This document shows positions 11,788-28,250 of a DNA stretch of 64,000 nucleotides, one piece after another. A program made the translations under genes and the position numbers. The stretch's first letter is position 1; each line of letters opens with the position of its first letter. The stretch is from Octopus vulgaris (Eukaryota), in assembly GCA_951406725.2 (NCBI GenBank), contig OX597823.1, forward strand, positions 92,504,001-92,568,000, read 5' to 3'. The notes below the pieces were generated by a model. The model worked only from the letters and a program-made list of their open reading frames with translations, made no database searches and had not been told where the DNA came from.

Positions 11788-12397
11788 TTGTGTGTCTGTT
11801 TGTGTGTCATTGCTTGACAACCGATGCTGGTGTGTTTACGTCCCCGTCACCTAGCGGTTCGGCAAAAACAGACCGATAGAATAAGTACTGGGCTTACAAA
11901 GAATAAGTCTCGGGGTCGATTTGCTCGACTGAAGGCGGTGCTCCAGCATGGCCGCAGTCAAATGACTGAAACAAGTAAAAGAGTAAAAGAGTATATATAT
12001 ATATATATAGTAGAGAGAGGGAGAGAGAGAAGACTGCATTCATCAATTGCTGACAAATCAGAATCAATTGCAGACCAGTATAAAAAAATACAGATTTACC
12101 TCCCTTTTACTATAAAATACTTTGGTTACCAATTATCCTCTCTCGCCAACAAAATATCTAATTCAGAAATCCATCCAAATTCATAACTTGAAAAGCGATA
12201 GTGAAACCAGTTATTATGTTGGAAGAAAGAAAGTTCATTCTGTACAATATTATATAATCCTTTTGTTATTATGATTCTAATATATTCTTTAGCCTTGTAA
12301 AACAAATTTTGTTTTTTTCATCTTATGTACCTGGAAACACAATTCCATATATATTAAACCATGTGCAATCACCCACCATTATTTATATATCATCAAG

Positions 12398-12447
<50 letters not shown>

Positions 12448-12450
<3 letters not shown>

Positions 12451-12850
12451 CACTCGGGAATCACACTAAGAGCCCACTCCGAGTTGTAACTGTCCCTGTC
12501 CACCTGATAAGGAGTGCTTGATTTGCTCAGTTGTAAATGAATTCGAAGTTACAGCAGTGCTTCCAGATAACGGAATCGAGAAGAAAAATTACGTCGTTTT
12601 TTGCAAAGACAATTTTAAAAGCGATTACGCAAACACTACGTTTTCTCTCGACACATTGATAATAATAAACGGACCATACTTAACTCAAGTGGAGAATTAT
12701 GGAAAAACCTACACCATATCTAATGGACGAAAGACATGCGAGATATGCGTAGCTGAAATAACGCACATTCACTTTAGCTACTTTATTCTAAGACAAAGAG
12801 GACGAAAGGGGCCTTCCTACTTCCCCCTTCTTTCATCTCCTACCTTTTAA
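12448..12850 (+). mobile_element. Decayed PLE GIY-YIG C-terminal fragment next to (TA)n
   Basis: KDNFKSDYAN...SNGRKTCEICVAEITHI resembles the endonuclease end of the 21560-22612 PLE. Confidence 0.45.
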
Positions 12851-13129
12851 CATAATACTTCACATTTTTCTTTCCGTGTTTTCCCATGTTTTCCCATAGA
12901 GCAACGTACTGGTTTTCGAATTGGTCTGACCACTTGCATTGAGCCTAAAATATTGCTTAGAGATACATGGCATATACTATAATACTGCCAAATTATTCTG
13001 TCGCTAAACTATGAAAGTATTAAATGATATTGGTGTATTTTAAATTGTGTATGCGAAATAACCTTTATCTCTCACTGGATGGAATATATTTTTGTTGATC
13101 TATATCGGAACAGTAAATTATATGTATCT

Positions 13130-13365
13130 TTTATCTTTTAACTGGTTTCATTAGACAGCAGACATGATCGGGTATCACCTTGAAGTTTTAGTCGAATGAA
13201 TTGTCCCCGTTGCTTATGTTTTAAGCCTGGTAAATATTCTATTGTAACACTTTTGTTGAAACGCTAAGTTACGGAGACAAAAATACACCTACACCGATTC
13301 TCAGGTGGTGGTGTTGGTGGTGGGAAACAAACAGAGACATAAATTCACACACATACACACAAATA
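13130..13365 (-). mobile_element. SINE-A 3' portion (decayed)
   Basis: Similar to 18070-18290. Confidence 0.65.
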
Positions 13366-13370
13366 TGTGT

Positions 13371-13515
13371 GACATTTCAAAACTCAGTAACAGATGGAAA
13401 GAATTTATAGAGAAGAATGGTGACTATATCAACGATTAAATAAATCAGATTCATATTTTTTACTGTTATATTGAACATTAAATAACGTATAGAGCTTTTG
13501 TTACAACCTGATGTA
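13371..13515 (+). mobile_element. mariner 3' end relic
   Basis: DISKLSNRWKEFIEKNGDYIND* followed by TIR-like ...cttttgttacaacctgat. Confidence 0.55.
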
Positions 13516-13817
13516 GATGTAAAAACTCATTCTTAAACAATATTAGCTTTTAGAACAACGTCTATAAGACAACAAAAACTAATTTTAGTGTAAATCTCAA
13601 TTCACGTTTATCTCCAAATTCATTATATACATTCATTATTTTCAAATCGCAGAGTGCCTGGAAACACAATTTTCTTTTTACCACTGTGTCCTGGACAATT
13701 TTGCAATGCATACATTCCTTGTCGTCCGATAATTCACATAGCTCAATTTTGTTTTATCGATTTTGGTGCAAGTTTAATTATATTATTTGCAATTTGTTAA
13801 TTTACATATACAGAAAA

Positions 13818-13861
<44 letters not shown>

Positions 13862-13890
13862 ATGGTGTATCTATATAAATATAAATAGAG

Positions 13891-13951
<61 letters not shown>

Positions 13952-13981
13952 ATGGTGTATCTATATAAATATAAATAGAGC

Positions 13982-14013
<32 letters not shown>

Positions 14014-14509
14014 AATATACGCACACACACACACACACATATATAAATGTGTATATATATAATGTATATGATAGACTCTCCCGTCGATTTCGACGTATTA
14101 GGATGTGACAACGTATACTTTCTTTAACATTTTTTATGCTTATGTCGAGTGAGACATTTCAGCCCTGCCAAAGATTTGCAAAAAAGCCCGCTGATGTGGT
14201 AATTACGAGGATTACGGGGGATGGTGTGGCAGGATATTTTCAGCCGCTTTTCTTCTTTGCATTGCACCCTTAAGCCTGCTGGCTTTAAGCAGTCTCTTGT
14301 GTCATTTTGATACGACGATCTCCATTTTGTACCCAGGTTGTTTGCTCAAAGGTTCTGTGAATTATATATAAAGAATGTGAAGGGTTTAATATTATCTTAT
14401 ATATACCCCCTTAAGCTAGGCATCTATTTTTAGCTATCCCTACTGACTACTGACCACACCTAACCTAGATTTCATCTGTTTAATTAACAGATATAAATAA
14501 TTTCCTCCT

Positions 14510-14845
14510 CAGGAATTTCAACCGTATTTCGTGGTCTGCTACCACAACAGCTCCTTTAGAGGATCCAATTAGCTGAAGACATCATCAGGAGGATCCACGT
14601 CCGGTTTCGGCCCCTACTCCTCTACCGTTTTGACGTAGCGGCCCCCATCCTTTCGGATGTGTCTTCAGCCCTGGTGTTGGGTGCATGTTTTCTTTCTTCC
14701 TTCTTCTGTTCCCTGTCTTCTTCGATGTATCGTCAGCGAATGTCACCCGGTGAATGACTGAATTGTCAATTTTTTACTTTTAGATACCAACCGCTAGGCT
14801 TCAGCAGGCAGCCCCAGCAAGTTGTCACGTGACACTGTCTCAACT
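14510..14845 (+). repeat. Unclassified interspersed repeat; second copy at 60910-61247
   Basis: aggaatttcaaccgt...ctgctaccacaacagctccttta...aagttgtcacgtgacactg shared by both copies; the first copy continues into CCAAT/TATA-containing sequence to ~15090. Confidence 0.75.
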
Positions 14846-15247
14846 TTAACTGACCAATGAAGGCGCGTAGTCTCAGCCCACGCATTCTCTACACGATACC
14901 GTCATCTAGCAATCAGAGAAGCTAATTCAGTGTCAGCTTGTTTCACCTAATGATGTTATTTCCCGCCGGCATGTTATGACTTTCAAGTCATTTGGGGGGA
15001 TCCCGCTTCAGCCATATATAGAGGCTGGCTTTTTGACCGCCTAACACATGACCTCTCACCCCGAACCGACACTTACGAACAATAATACTGGCATCTCATC
15101 TCAATCTTTATTATTTTTACTTCTTATTAATTTCCTTTTTTTTCTTTTTGATTTCGTTCTCATTCATTCTTTCCGCAACCTATCCCGTTCCTGTCTATGG
15201 TTCAAATATTAACCTATATACAACTCAATTAGTTGAGGTAGTGTGGG

Positions 15248-15900
<653 letters not shown>

Positions 15901-16736
15901 GAGCAAAGGAATAAGGAGAAGAGAGAGATGTCAAAATTTGACAGTTTACATGTGATCGTCAAGGTCTTGTTGCAAACTGGAATTGGGTCAGGTAAGTAGC
16001 TTTTAAGCAATTAATTTATAACGAAATCTAAAAATATATCCATTAATTTAATTATACTGAAACATATTCTACTCCAGACCTGGCAGCAAAGTTGTACCAG
16101 TAACCTGCCAGTATCCAGGCTGAATGCGGTGGCCTACAATTAATGAAAATAGAGGATCTTTTCATAATGACAATAAAACATGATAGAGCCTTAAAAACTT
16201 GAGACTGACATGAATTTCTCCGAAAATGTCTCTCACTCTGATCCTTGTATCTGATGAGATGAACCTCATACGCATCCATGAATATTACGTCATACACAGC
16301 TGAGTCAAACTATAGTTATATACACAAACACACACATACACTCACATGCATGTATACATTTAGGGGCCATTATTCACATAAATATTTATGTAAGCTAAAT
16401 TATATTTTGGGGTGGACTTAGGTGACAATTACCTAAACTGTGTTGATTTCAGCGATACAATGTGAAGCGAACGAATGTAAGACTTTTACATACCAATAGA
16501 GAGATATGCATTTATACATAAAGAAGGTGTAAAGACACGGAGGAGGAAAGAGAGACGCGAGAGACAGAGTTATACAGATAAGTATGTTCATAAATAGTTT
16601 TGTATATACGTTATTATGAGGATAAATAAATACAGAGGTAGAGACGGAGGAAGGTAGGAAAATCGAGGGGAGAACGTAGATAGAATATATATATATATAA
16701 AGATAGACAGATAGATAGAGGGAGAGAGAGAGAGAG

Positions 16737-16791
<55 letters not shown>

Positions 16792-17284
16792 GCAAGAAGG
16801 AGATTGATACGCACTAGATGAAAGCCATCCCTGAAATTCAAAACAGTATAATTTATGGCTGTTAAAATGTTGACTAAGTGTAGAATGGATATAATACGTT
16901 ACTTTGATGAGAAACTATGAAAAAAATATTATTATTCATAACCTAAATTTTATTAGATTGCTCTTCGGATAGTTTATATTAAGTGGTGTATGATGAGGAT
17001 ATTTAATTCGAATTATACGTATAAGCCACTCGATGTATTTTCCATCTATTTTGGTTTTAATATTTGCGATTAAATTTAAGTGGACAAATTTGATTGAAAT
17101 TGAAATTTTATTATAATCTTTTTAGAATATTACATAGTTTTGAGGTAATTTTATCAATTTGGTAAAATAATGTCAAAATGAACGTGCATATGTATATGTG
17201 CGCGGCGCGTGTTTGCATATTTCTATACATAAATACATACATACATACATACATATATATACTATATGTATATATATATGTATG

Positions 17285-17317
<33 letters not shown>

Positions 17318-18067
17318 TATATATTTATACAGGCACGCACAAACGTATTGATAGAAAGACGTAGCAGGGAAGAGGACAAGGTATGTCCATACACGTGCTT
17401 TCTCCCTCCCACATACAAATACACATACACATATACACATGTATTCTGATATATATATATATATACACACACATACATACATACGTTTGTGTCGCTTTGT
17501 AATGTTGCATAGGTATATCAAAAGCTTATAGAGGCTGACTAAGTTTCTACTTGAGTAAATGCGACATGCCGAGAATGATGTGTAGTAGTAAATTTTTAAT
17601 GGTGATATTATAATGGGGGGGGGCTGTACGATGATGGGTATCGAGTTGCAGTTGACTATAGTTAACGGTTGATATTAATATTACTACACTCGTATCTCAT
17701 AATTGTATGATATACTTCTTATACTGAAATATATCATTCCTTTATAGATCTATAGATATTACCCGTAATGTATTTCGAATCGTATTTTTAAAGAAAATCT
17801 CTTATTTTCCTCAAAAGAATACACATAAATGTCTGTGAGGGTGTTTATGCGGGTCTCTTGCTTAGTCCACATACACACACACGCACAAACGACGACACAA
17901 ACATACGCATACACACATATGCGCGCGCACACACACACGCAAATATGAGGCTGAGTAAACAGTAAACAACGTTATGAAACATGAAATATATTTCAACAAT
18001 GCAGAAATTTTTTTTCATCAAATTAAGTACCATTGCAATCAACAGGTTTTTGCCAACGGGTTACAAG

Positions 18068-18300
18068 TCTCTTTTACTCCTTTACTCTTTTACTTGTTTC
18101 AGTCATTTGACTGCGGCCATGCTGGAGCACCACCTTTAGTCGAGCAAATCGACCCCAGCACTTAATCTTTCGAAGACTAGTACTTATTCTATCGGTCTCT
18201 TTTGTCGAACCGCTAAGTTACGAGGAAGTAAGCACACAAGCATCAGTTGTCAAGCAATGTTGGGGGAAAAACACAGACACACAAACACACACACACACAC

Positions 18301-18336
<36 letters not shown>

Positions 18337-18514
18337 GTATATACATATATACGACGGGCTTCTTTCAGTTTCCGTCTACCAAATCCACTCACAAGGCTTT
18401 GGTCGGCCCGAGGCTATAGAAGAAGACACTTGCCTAAGGTGCCACGCACTAGGAATGAACCTGGAACCATGTGGTTGATAAGTAAGCTACTTACCACACA
18501 CCCACTCCTGTGCC
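18068..18514 (-). mobile_element. SINE-A, full length
   Basis: A-box/B-box-like head, internal (TA)/(CA) microsatellite, tail ...gaaacaagtaaaagag. Confidence 0.88.
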
Positions 18515-18829
18515 TATGTTTATTCCTGTAACATAAAAATATGGAGTTCTGGAGCTGATGAAATTTTTGAACGCCCTTCAAGCATTGGTTTAATTTTTGA
18601 ACTTCTTCCCTCGCAGGAAACCATCAAGGTGTTTGAAAAGGTGGTAGTCAGAATCAGAAAGTTCTGGGGAATAAGCTGGGTGGGAAGAACTTCGTAGCCA
18701 GCTTCCCTCAAATTCTGCTTTAGGTATGATACACGGATTGTTCTATTTCTTAATATATTCAAATGAATCTGACGTGTTTGTTTGTTAAAAAAAATCTATT
18801 TTCCTTATTGTACAGATTTACCAATCTTT

Positions 18830-19660
18830 TATCTTCTTTTGCTTGTTACAGACATTTAACTGCGGCCATGCTGCAGCACCGCCTTGAAGGGATTTAATCG
18901 AACAAATCGACTGCAGGAGTTATTTTTTTAAATACTTGTACTTATTCTTCTCGGTCTCATTTGCCGGACCGTTAAATTACGGGGACGTAAACTCATCAAC
19001 ACCGGTTGTCAAGCGGTGAAACAGGAACAAACACAAACGCAAAGACACATCGTCATCATCATTGTTCGACCGTGGTCGAGACAATGGAATTTACTATTTT
19101 ACACCAAATTCCACGGTCCATCATGGCATTACGGAGGTCCTGTGGCTGGATGCCTGTATCCCTGGAGATTACATCAGGATAGGAGAATGTGCGCCCACTG
19201 GCATCGCGAGTAAATGGCTTCCAGAGGAGAAGAGTAGATATTAACTCGTTTTCAGCTCTACAACGATGTCCAGCAAACTGGACTCTTCTACCTTTCACAA
19301 GAGATGATACAGGTGGTGGTTTCCCATATATTTGCATTTTGGTTGGATGACGCTTTCACGAGAGATTTTCAGCTCTCATGAGGTGAGTGTAAGTTCCATC
19401 CAACTGCCTCTCGAGCTTCTTTGATAACGTCCAGGTCTCTGGACATACACACACACACACACACACACAAACACACGCATATGAATATACATGCAGGGCG
19501 GGCTTCTTTTCAGTTTCCGTCTACCAAATGCACACGCAGAAAGCTTTGATTGGCCCGATGGTATAGTTGTAGACCTTTGACCAAGGTGCCACGAGTGAGA
19601 CTGAACTCCGAACTATGGGGCTGGAAAGCAAACGTCGTACCCCATAGCCACTCCTGTGCT
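18830..19660 (-). mobile_element. SINE-A (older) interrupted by an RTE fragment
   Basis: Tail at 18830-19048 and head at 19444-19660 are collinear with 18068-18514. Confidence 0.75.
19049..19443 (-). mobile_element. RTE-clade LINE 3' end
   Basis: ETWTLSKKLERQLDGTYT...RRVQFAGH...LLLWKP..GR...AMMDRGIW, then a (GAT)n tail. Confidence 0.8.
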
Positions 19661-20379
19661 TATGCTAGAATAAACCCGGGAAACATTTGTACATTCCAAT
19701 ATACTTATTAAATTGATTTTGATCTAACATGTCTTCCCTGAAAATTAGTGTTATGTTGAAGGTTTTGTTTACTTTTGTTAAAATTGTTATTGAACATTAG
19801 CTCCAAAACAGACCTGATCTAATGAGAAATATTATGAGAAGTATCTTAACCATGGCCGACCTACCCTTCTTCCCACGTAACATATCCAGGAAGAAACTAC
19901 CTGCTGTTTTCCATTACTCTTTATAATGGTAGATTAGATTTTCAGTGTGGTTCGATGCTCTTTCCATTAAAATAAAAACCGTTGATTCTCGTTAAGGTTG
20001 GGATAGAAGTATATAAACGATACAAGGATATAGGTGCATAAGTAATAAGAAGGGAGCACAGTGTCGTACGGCACAGTTTGACGTCTGGTCGACTTTCATG
20101 ATGAATCCATTCCTAACGGGAGCAATGGAGCGTTTTGTTTCCAAAATACGACGATACATCAGCGGCCATAAACTCATGAAACACAGAGTGGTGTTTAATA
20201 ATTAAATAGTTTATAAATTTACACACACATAAATACAGACTCATGCACACAAATACACAAGCACCTTCATAATCCCGTAGATATATATGTATTGGAATAT
20301 ACATCTAAAAGGCTTCAATAAATATTATGCGGTAAAACTATATTTTGAATCAAACATTATTAGTGAAAATATACTATAT

Positions 20380-21332
<953 letters not shown>

Positions 21333-21559
21333 TCGTTACAATATCATAAATCAAGAGAATAGCATACACTATAAAATATAGAACAGTAATTTGTGTAAGT
21401 GTAACGTGATTTTAGAAAAATGCCATTGGTTTCATATCTTGCGTGAACTAGACAGCTCTTCAGTTTCTTTAAACAGTAACCGTTCTCTGCAAAGAATGTT
21501 TGTTTTAAAATACAAGAACGACGGTCATAGTTCAAGAAATAGTTCTCTTTAAAAATATA

Positions 21560-22612
21560 ACAGGGCGAGTTGTCTTCCTTCGCGTGATAGCTAGGTTTTC
21601 CAATTTCGAAGTAAAAATTTTCGAAAATGTGAACAAATCCCCACGGCTTCAGTTCTGGAGTTAAGGTAGCTCATTTACACAGTCTTGTTCCATTACGATG
21701 GGGTCCACAAGTTTCCAGTAATTTCCACCTGATATTAAAAGGCATATGATCGACCTTTAGTCGCCATACATATGCCGTGAGTGTTGTGCTGCGTCTCTCC
21801 AGGACCCTGAAAAATCTGTGGTTGTTCAGGTGAATTTTAAATTGGAATTCACAAGATCCGACATAAACTTTAGTTTGTGTCCCTGTGATGGCATTGATGT
21901 TATTGATATTTGTGCTGCTTCCGTTTGAGGCTGCCTTTGTTTGGTACACTCTAGCCTCGGTGTTACATTGGCCGTCCACTGGGCATTCATTTCTAATCCT
22001 GCGTGGACAACCTACCTCTGTCCTTGCTTTAGGAGTGCCAAGTAATTTTTCTTAACGTTGGGTGCAAATCTGAAAGAGATTCTTAAATTATGCCTGTTAA
22101 AGACCTTTCTATATTTGTGTGATTGCTTGAAATGCTTATCAACCATCCTACGAAAAATATTACCTATGCATGTCCGGACGTTTAGAGAGAAGAGGGAAGC
22201 AAACCATAAATTCTTGCAGTGGCGTTTCCTTTTATAGTTACTTAATCCATGTACACATACTATATTCTCTTTGAACCCGCTAGCCGCTAACGCCTCATTG
22301 TTAGCGGGAGCCGCTACGTCGAAAATATCATTTTTTGAAGATAAGATCGAAATCCGTTTTCTGGTAAATTTTAATAGATTTTTGAACAGTATGGGTGGAT
22401 GGCAGGCGACTGTATTAATGTACGATAGCCTATCATTCGGTTTATAGTATGGTCTGTCGGTGCCACTATTTAGATCAAGAGTGACATCCAAGAAGTTCAC
22501 CACGTTGAGGTTAGTTTCAATGGTGATTTTAAGACCGAGGTCGTTTAGGGTGTGTATGATGTTTTTTCTAAGCCTATCTAAAGAATGGCCGTTAGTGCCT
22601 CTGGAGATGGCA
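21560..22612 (-). mobile_element. PLE fragment (RT thumb + GIY-YIG; possibly Nematis-like), disrupted
   Basis: VNFLDVTLDL..YYKPN...HPP; CPVDGQC..VYQ...YVGSCE.FK..NNH...LTAYVWRLK..IRWKLL. Confidence 0.82.
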
Positions 22613-23137
22613 AGCTGAGGAAGATATTAGCATGCCGAACAAAATGACTAACGGCATTTCATCACTCTTTACGTTCTGAGTTCAAATTCCACTGTAGTCA
22701 ACTTTAACTTCAATCCTTTTGGGGTCGATAGAATAAGTACCATTTGAGTATTGGGGGTCGGTGTAATCGACTTACGTTCTAGAATTTGAAACCAATGTTT
22801 AGTGGTGATTCATCCTCAAGTAATACAGGAAATCTGTTATAAAACTGGCAAGGGTTCCAGTTGATGTGATCAACGGAAAAGTTTGCTCGTGAAATAACAT
22901 GCAAGTGGCTGAGTACTCCACAGACAAGTGTATTCTTAACGCAGTTTTCAGGAAGATTCAGCGTGACACAAAATGAGAAAAGGCTGGTTCTTCGAAAAAC
23001 AGCTGCTACTCATTTTTGCCACAGGTGTAACGTAAAAATAAAGTGTCTTGTTCAAGGACACAACGCGTCGCTGGGAATTTAACTCGTGACCTTACAATCT
23101 TAAGCCGAATATTCTAACACTAAGCCACGCGCCTGCA
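22612..23137. mobile_element. SINE-B (+, 22612-22797) and a SINE-C-related copy (-, ~22830-23137)
   Basis: Similar to other SINE-B copies; 22890-22970 is reverse-complementary to 51555-51630. Confidence 0.65.
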
Positions 23138-23989
23138 CAAGGAAATTTGCAATGACATGTCAATATTTACCCGTTAAAATGCTCTAGTTTTAAACAGAGC
23201 ATACCGATTAATGGAAGGTTAATGTTTGTAGACCAATAATAGGCATGCTCCCCATTTCACTTGGGTTGAACAATATCTGAAGCCAGAGAAAATACCCAGG
23301 ATGCCACACAGCAGAATCAAATCGGAAACCTCGTTATTTCGAAAGATATTCTTACCATTATTCGGCCATATTACTCATACTGTTTTTTTTTCTATTATTT
23401 TTTTCTTACACAAGGCGAGTAATATTGAGGTGTGGAGTCAACTAAATCGACCGCAGTGCTCACCTGGTGTTCAATTGATCCATCTCCGTAATAATTCGGT
23501 CAACTCATCGTCTTAGTTCGTATTGCTAGTAAATCAGATCGTTCGAGAAACTATTCCAAAATATTGATTCTTATTCTTCTGTTTTGTAGATTCAAATGCC
23601 CCTGCGGCCGACGTTACATTCCATCTCTACACTACAGAGAAAATAAAACCGAAGAGCTAGCTTCCTATATTCAAATGCAGTAAAAACCTATTACTTGAGG
23701 CTTCTTGTTTATCATACAATTTTCTCAGATTCAAAGAGAATTATTTTAAAAGAATTTTTAATTCAGACATATATGTATATATGCGTGTGTGAGGCTGTGT
23801 ATGTGTGTGCGTTTGTGTGTATCCTCTGTGTGAATTTGTTTGCCGGTGACTGTGGAAATCCGTCATAGGCGCAGGCACAGCTGAGCGGTGAGAAATTAGC
23901 GGCCCAACCGCATGGCTCTGGGCTCAGTCCTAGTGCTTCGTGTCCAAGATACCAATATGGATGTAGATATTGGAGTAGAGGAATAACTA

Positions 23990-25010
23990 TGACAGGGTTA
24001 CTTTGTAGAAAACATTTTTGGGTTGCCCTGCAGGAACATGGATGAATAAGTTTTCTGGTTGGCTAAATGTGGATCAAACGATTTAGAACTGACCATGTGA
24101 AAAGCATGGCGTTCGAAGGTCTAATCCAACAACTTTCAACGGTTGGCCTTCTGCTTTGTTAATTGTCATGGCAAAGCGAATTTTGACAGGGAACTGTAGT
24201 CTCCGCATACGATAGGAGCAGTCTTTTGGGGTTAGCGGAATTTGCAGAATATAAACGATATCTATTTGTATTGTGTCCCGTTATAATTTGGGCTTCAATG
24301 ACATGGTCCATCATTTGCTTAACCACTAGGCATGTCCATTGCATAGTGTGGGTGCATTCACATACCGTTGGAAAATGACAGTGCAACCGAATTTAAGTGT
24401 AGTTCATGGGGGGAGCTGATATATTCTGATCGTGGTCGGTAACGGTGTCAACTGATCTGTAACAACGTTCTTGAGAAGGTAGCTTAATGCGTAAGTCGTA
24501 GATAAGAGTGGTGACAGTTGCAGATGTAGGTGCAGCAACAGCTTTGTACTAACGTGCAAACATCGGCGGTTTGCAGTGAATGGGCATTGTAAAAAACTGT
24601 ATAACTGTCAGAACTTTGTATGATTGAAAGCAGAGAAAATATATAATATGGATTGATTTCTGAATGCATTTAAAAAATAACTAAAAGTTGATTTAAATTG
24701 CATAGCTAACTCGAGGAAGTGCTAATGTGCAAATATCAGCTGTAGTAGAAGACGAAGTGAAAGTAGCGTCACCAAGAGTAACATCCCTTGAAACAACGAT
24801 CGTTGGTATCTATTATTTACCTATGAGAAGCTGTTTTAGTCCTTTGGGACAGCATTAATCATTATGTAGAAGCTTTGACGAGTCTATGACCATCTATGGA
24901 ACATGTGTGATGTATTTCCCCAACGTGAATAAAATCGATTGAAAAATATTGATTTTAAGGAGGATCAAGTGAAAGGACTGTAAACACACGTCTTCCGTTT
25001 TATTATATAC
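23990..25010 (-). mobile_element. Internally deleted Helitron with PIF1-like helicase C-terminus
   Basis: Minus strand RRLQFPVKIRFAMTINKAEGQPLKVVGLDLRTPCFSHGQ...KNVFYK (23995-24350); Helitron-like 5' end TATATAATAAAACGGAAGACGTGTGT near 25010. Confidence 0.78.
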
Positions 25011-25874
25011 ATATACGTGTATGTGTGTGTGTGTGTGAGTGTGTGTGTGTGCATGATAGTGTTTTTCTCACTGCCTCTTGAAATCAGCTGTCAGTTTCTT
25101 TAAAATATATCAGTTGTTCTTTCCAAGCCAACGGCTTATAAGGTCGGTTTCTTTTAGGATTCGGTCCCTTGCATGGTTATTCATTTAAAACATTTTTTAT
25201 AGCTGAATGGGATGCGGCAACCTGAAAGGAAGTGCTTAATTCACAAGGCATTATACACGAGTATAATACCCTCCTCACTAATCCATGCACCTCGTAACTA
25301 ACATTTCGACAAAAGAAACCGACAGAATAAGTACCAAACATTGACAATACAATATGTACAGGGATCCGGGTCGATATATTCGCCCAAATCATTTCATGGC
25401 AGTGCTGTAGCAGTCTTACTATTGACACAAATAAAACAATAAAAGTGCATATTATACATTGAAAAATCAAACAAAAATCGCTTTTATTCACAACTTGGTA
25501 TTTATAATTGAATAAACTCTGTTTTTATCTCCAATGTAAGTGAAAAATAGTGTACAACGTGTGTGTTTAACGTGAACAATCTGTTTCAACTGTCACCATT
25601 TTTTTAGTTTTGCATTAGTTTTTCTTGACAGCTTTGTACATTTTTTGAAAATAATATTCTAAGATACTATTTCACGTCCGAATGATACACTATTGATACA
25701 TGTGAAAGTATTTCAGATAAGAGACTGATAAAGTGTTTGTTTTTGTTGGTAGCATTTCATTACATTTCAAGTTAAATTCATTCAGGGAGGATTTTTGTTT
25801 TGTTTAATGAATACAAAAAACGTGCAAGCAACACCATTGCTCAAACAAGCAGAAATAACATGTCTTATTTATCT

Positions 25875-26325
25875 GTTATATTTTATTTGTTTCACACTGC
25901 GACCATGCTGGAGCACGCCTTGAAGAGGTACAGTTGAATCAGCCGACCCACGAATTATTATATTTTTATAAAGCCTGCTACATATTATAGCGGTGTCGTT
26001 TGCCGAGCAGTTAAGTTACGTGGACGTAACTGCACCAACACCGGTAGTTAAGCGTAGGTGGGGACATATACAAGCACACAGAAACGCACACAAACACTCA
26101 CTCACTCACAAACACATACACACACACACACACACTCACACACACACACATATATACAGACACACGACGGGTTCTCTTAGTTTCAGTTACCCAAATCCAC
26201 TCACAAATACTTTGTCACCCCGAAGATATAATAAAAGACATCTGCCCATAGTTCCATGCAGTGGAACTGAACTCGGGATTATGTGGTTTGGAAGTAAACT
26301 TCTCGCCACACAGCCATGCCTGTGC
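25875..26325 (-). mobile_element. SINE-A (decayed)
   Basis: Collinear with 18068-18514. Confidence 0.75.
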
Positions 26326-27408
26326 CAATGAATACGAAACAAAAAGAGCAACGAACACAATTGCCTAAACAAGCAGAAATAAAATAATATCGATAAAACA
26401 AAATTGTATTGAAAAGAAAAAGAAAACAGCGTGAGAATTGTTTCAAAAATAAACGAAATATATTGATTTTTATCATAAAGAGAATGTCTCAATTTTGGGT
26501 GGTGAAACCAGCAAATTACTTCCAGCCCGATACCTTCTTTTATCGACCCCTGCAATCTAAAACCTACCTCAGTAGAATATGATCTCAATGAGGAGCCGTG
26601 AGTACCTAATGAATAGTAGTTACTGCGCTGTATTGTAATACTGTCAATCAACTTCTCGTAAAACAAGTACATTAATATAATAAAAGAATTGTTAACTGAT
26701 TAAAATAGTAAAGAAAACAAGTAATGATGAGATATTTTGTAAGCATGAAAAGACGTAAGAAGTATTATAGGATTCGAGAAAATTATTTATATTACGCCAA
26801 ATTAGACGCGTTCGCAAGAAAAATTTTGACATATTTTTTACGCAACAACGACTTACAAACTGAAGCAGAATATTTACAATACATTAAACACAATGAGATA
26901 GGTGTATGTTACGTATAGGAACAATAATATTGGCTGATACGAACGCAGAGAACAACTTGGAAAAGAGGAAGTCAGAAAAGAAATATAAATATGAAATGGA
27001 GACTTTTAGTAATACAAAAGAAGGCGCGGAACAATCATAGGCGATAAGACAGGTCAAATACGATCTCTAATTTTACACGTATTTCTCTATCTGTCTCTTA
27101 ATATACACATACGTTATTAGCCACGGCGGCAGTATTAGGTCCTACACGCAGTCTACATACTTTACTTGACGTGAATATTTTGCAAGAAAGCCACGATATC
27201 GTGTATAGACGTACAGTGCTAAAAAGGACAGGCGTATCAGAAGCGGCGTTGTGAGGGTTAGTTCCCGGTATATCTAAGTATAGGCGCGTCATCGTGTCCG
27301 TCGGTATAGGATCAGTGGTGTCGCAGATACATATGAACACACCCCACCACACACACACGAAAATATACTTAATATACATATATATATGTAATATATATAT
27401 TATATGTA

Positions 27409-27440
<32 letters not shown>

Positions 27441-27489
27441 GCGTGTGTGTGTGTATGTGTGTGTGTGTGATAATTATTTGGTTTTCGTA

Positions 27490-27550
27490 TTGAAACTCAG
27501 AGTTTCGGAAGTCGGTGCTGAAGTCTGCTCTGGCATCTCATCAGTTATTA
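27490..27550 (-). ncRNA. Candidate hammerhead motif in a pLTR-like remnant
   Basis: Reverse complement CTGATGAG...CGAAACTCTGAGTT; helices I and II are poorly paired. Confidence 0.35.
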
Positions 27551-27973
27551 AGACAAACGCTATAGAAAAGAAAAACCTTGAATAAAAGGAAATTACTCCA
27601 ATAGGCATAGGGAAAGTAATACTTCATTCATAGAATCCGCTTGTGTATATGTACGCATGGGTGTGTATGTAAATATATGTGCATCTCCATGCCTATTAGA
27701 GTTATTTCCCTGTATTCAAAGGTAGTTAAATATCGAGGTTGTTACGTTCCAGACCACCACCACCACCACCACCACACCGCGATAGGTGAAAATCCGCGAA
27801 GTAGAAACAGTGTCGTGCTGTATATTTTAAAAATCATTTTAATAATATGCATATATTCATTTTGTTATAAATGCAAACAACACCACAGAGGAATCTACGT
27901 AAGCTTAAATAATAAACCGCGATATATGAAGGATTATTGTATACCCGTTCTCTCTCTCTATTTCTCTCTTGTT

Positions 27974-28025
<52 letters not shown>

Positions 28026-28027
28026 CA

Positions 28028-28074
<47 letters not shown>

Positions 28075-28250
28075 TGTATATATTGTCTCTATTTTTAATT
28101 TCGCAATCAATTACACTTCCTTTCTTGTCATTTCATTTCGACTCAGGCAATCTTTACTTAGTTATTTGAATGTTTATTATAGTACGTAGCGACGTTTGGT
28201 TGTTTTACTTTTTACAATATGTTCCCAGTTCATTATTACTCAAGTGTTTA

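Larger units (their letters stand above)
9432..11991 (+). mobile_element. SINE-A (tRNA-like head) split by a 2.15-kb insertion
   Basis: Head ggcgcaggagtagctgtgtggtaagtagc at 9432-9471; body resumes at 11627 and ends ...gaaacaagtaaaagagtaaaagag; matches minus-strand copies at 18068 and 61722; about 21 nt including the B box are deleted at 11654/11655. Confidence 0.88.

Noticed and set aside
13857-13982. Duplicated ~36-nt unit between TA tracts as a CRISPR-like array
   Set aside because: Only two copies with microsatellite spacers in eukaryotic DNA; slippage or assembly duplication is more likely.
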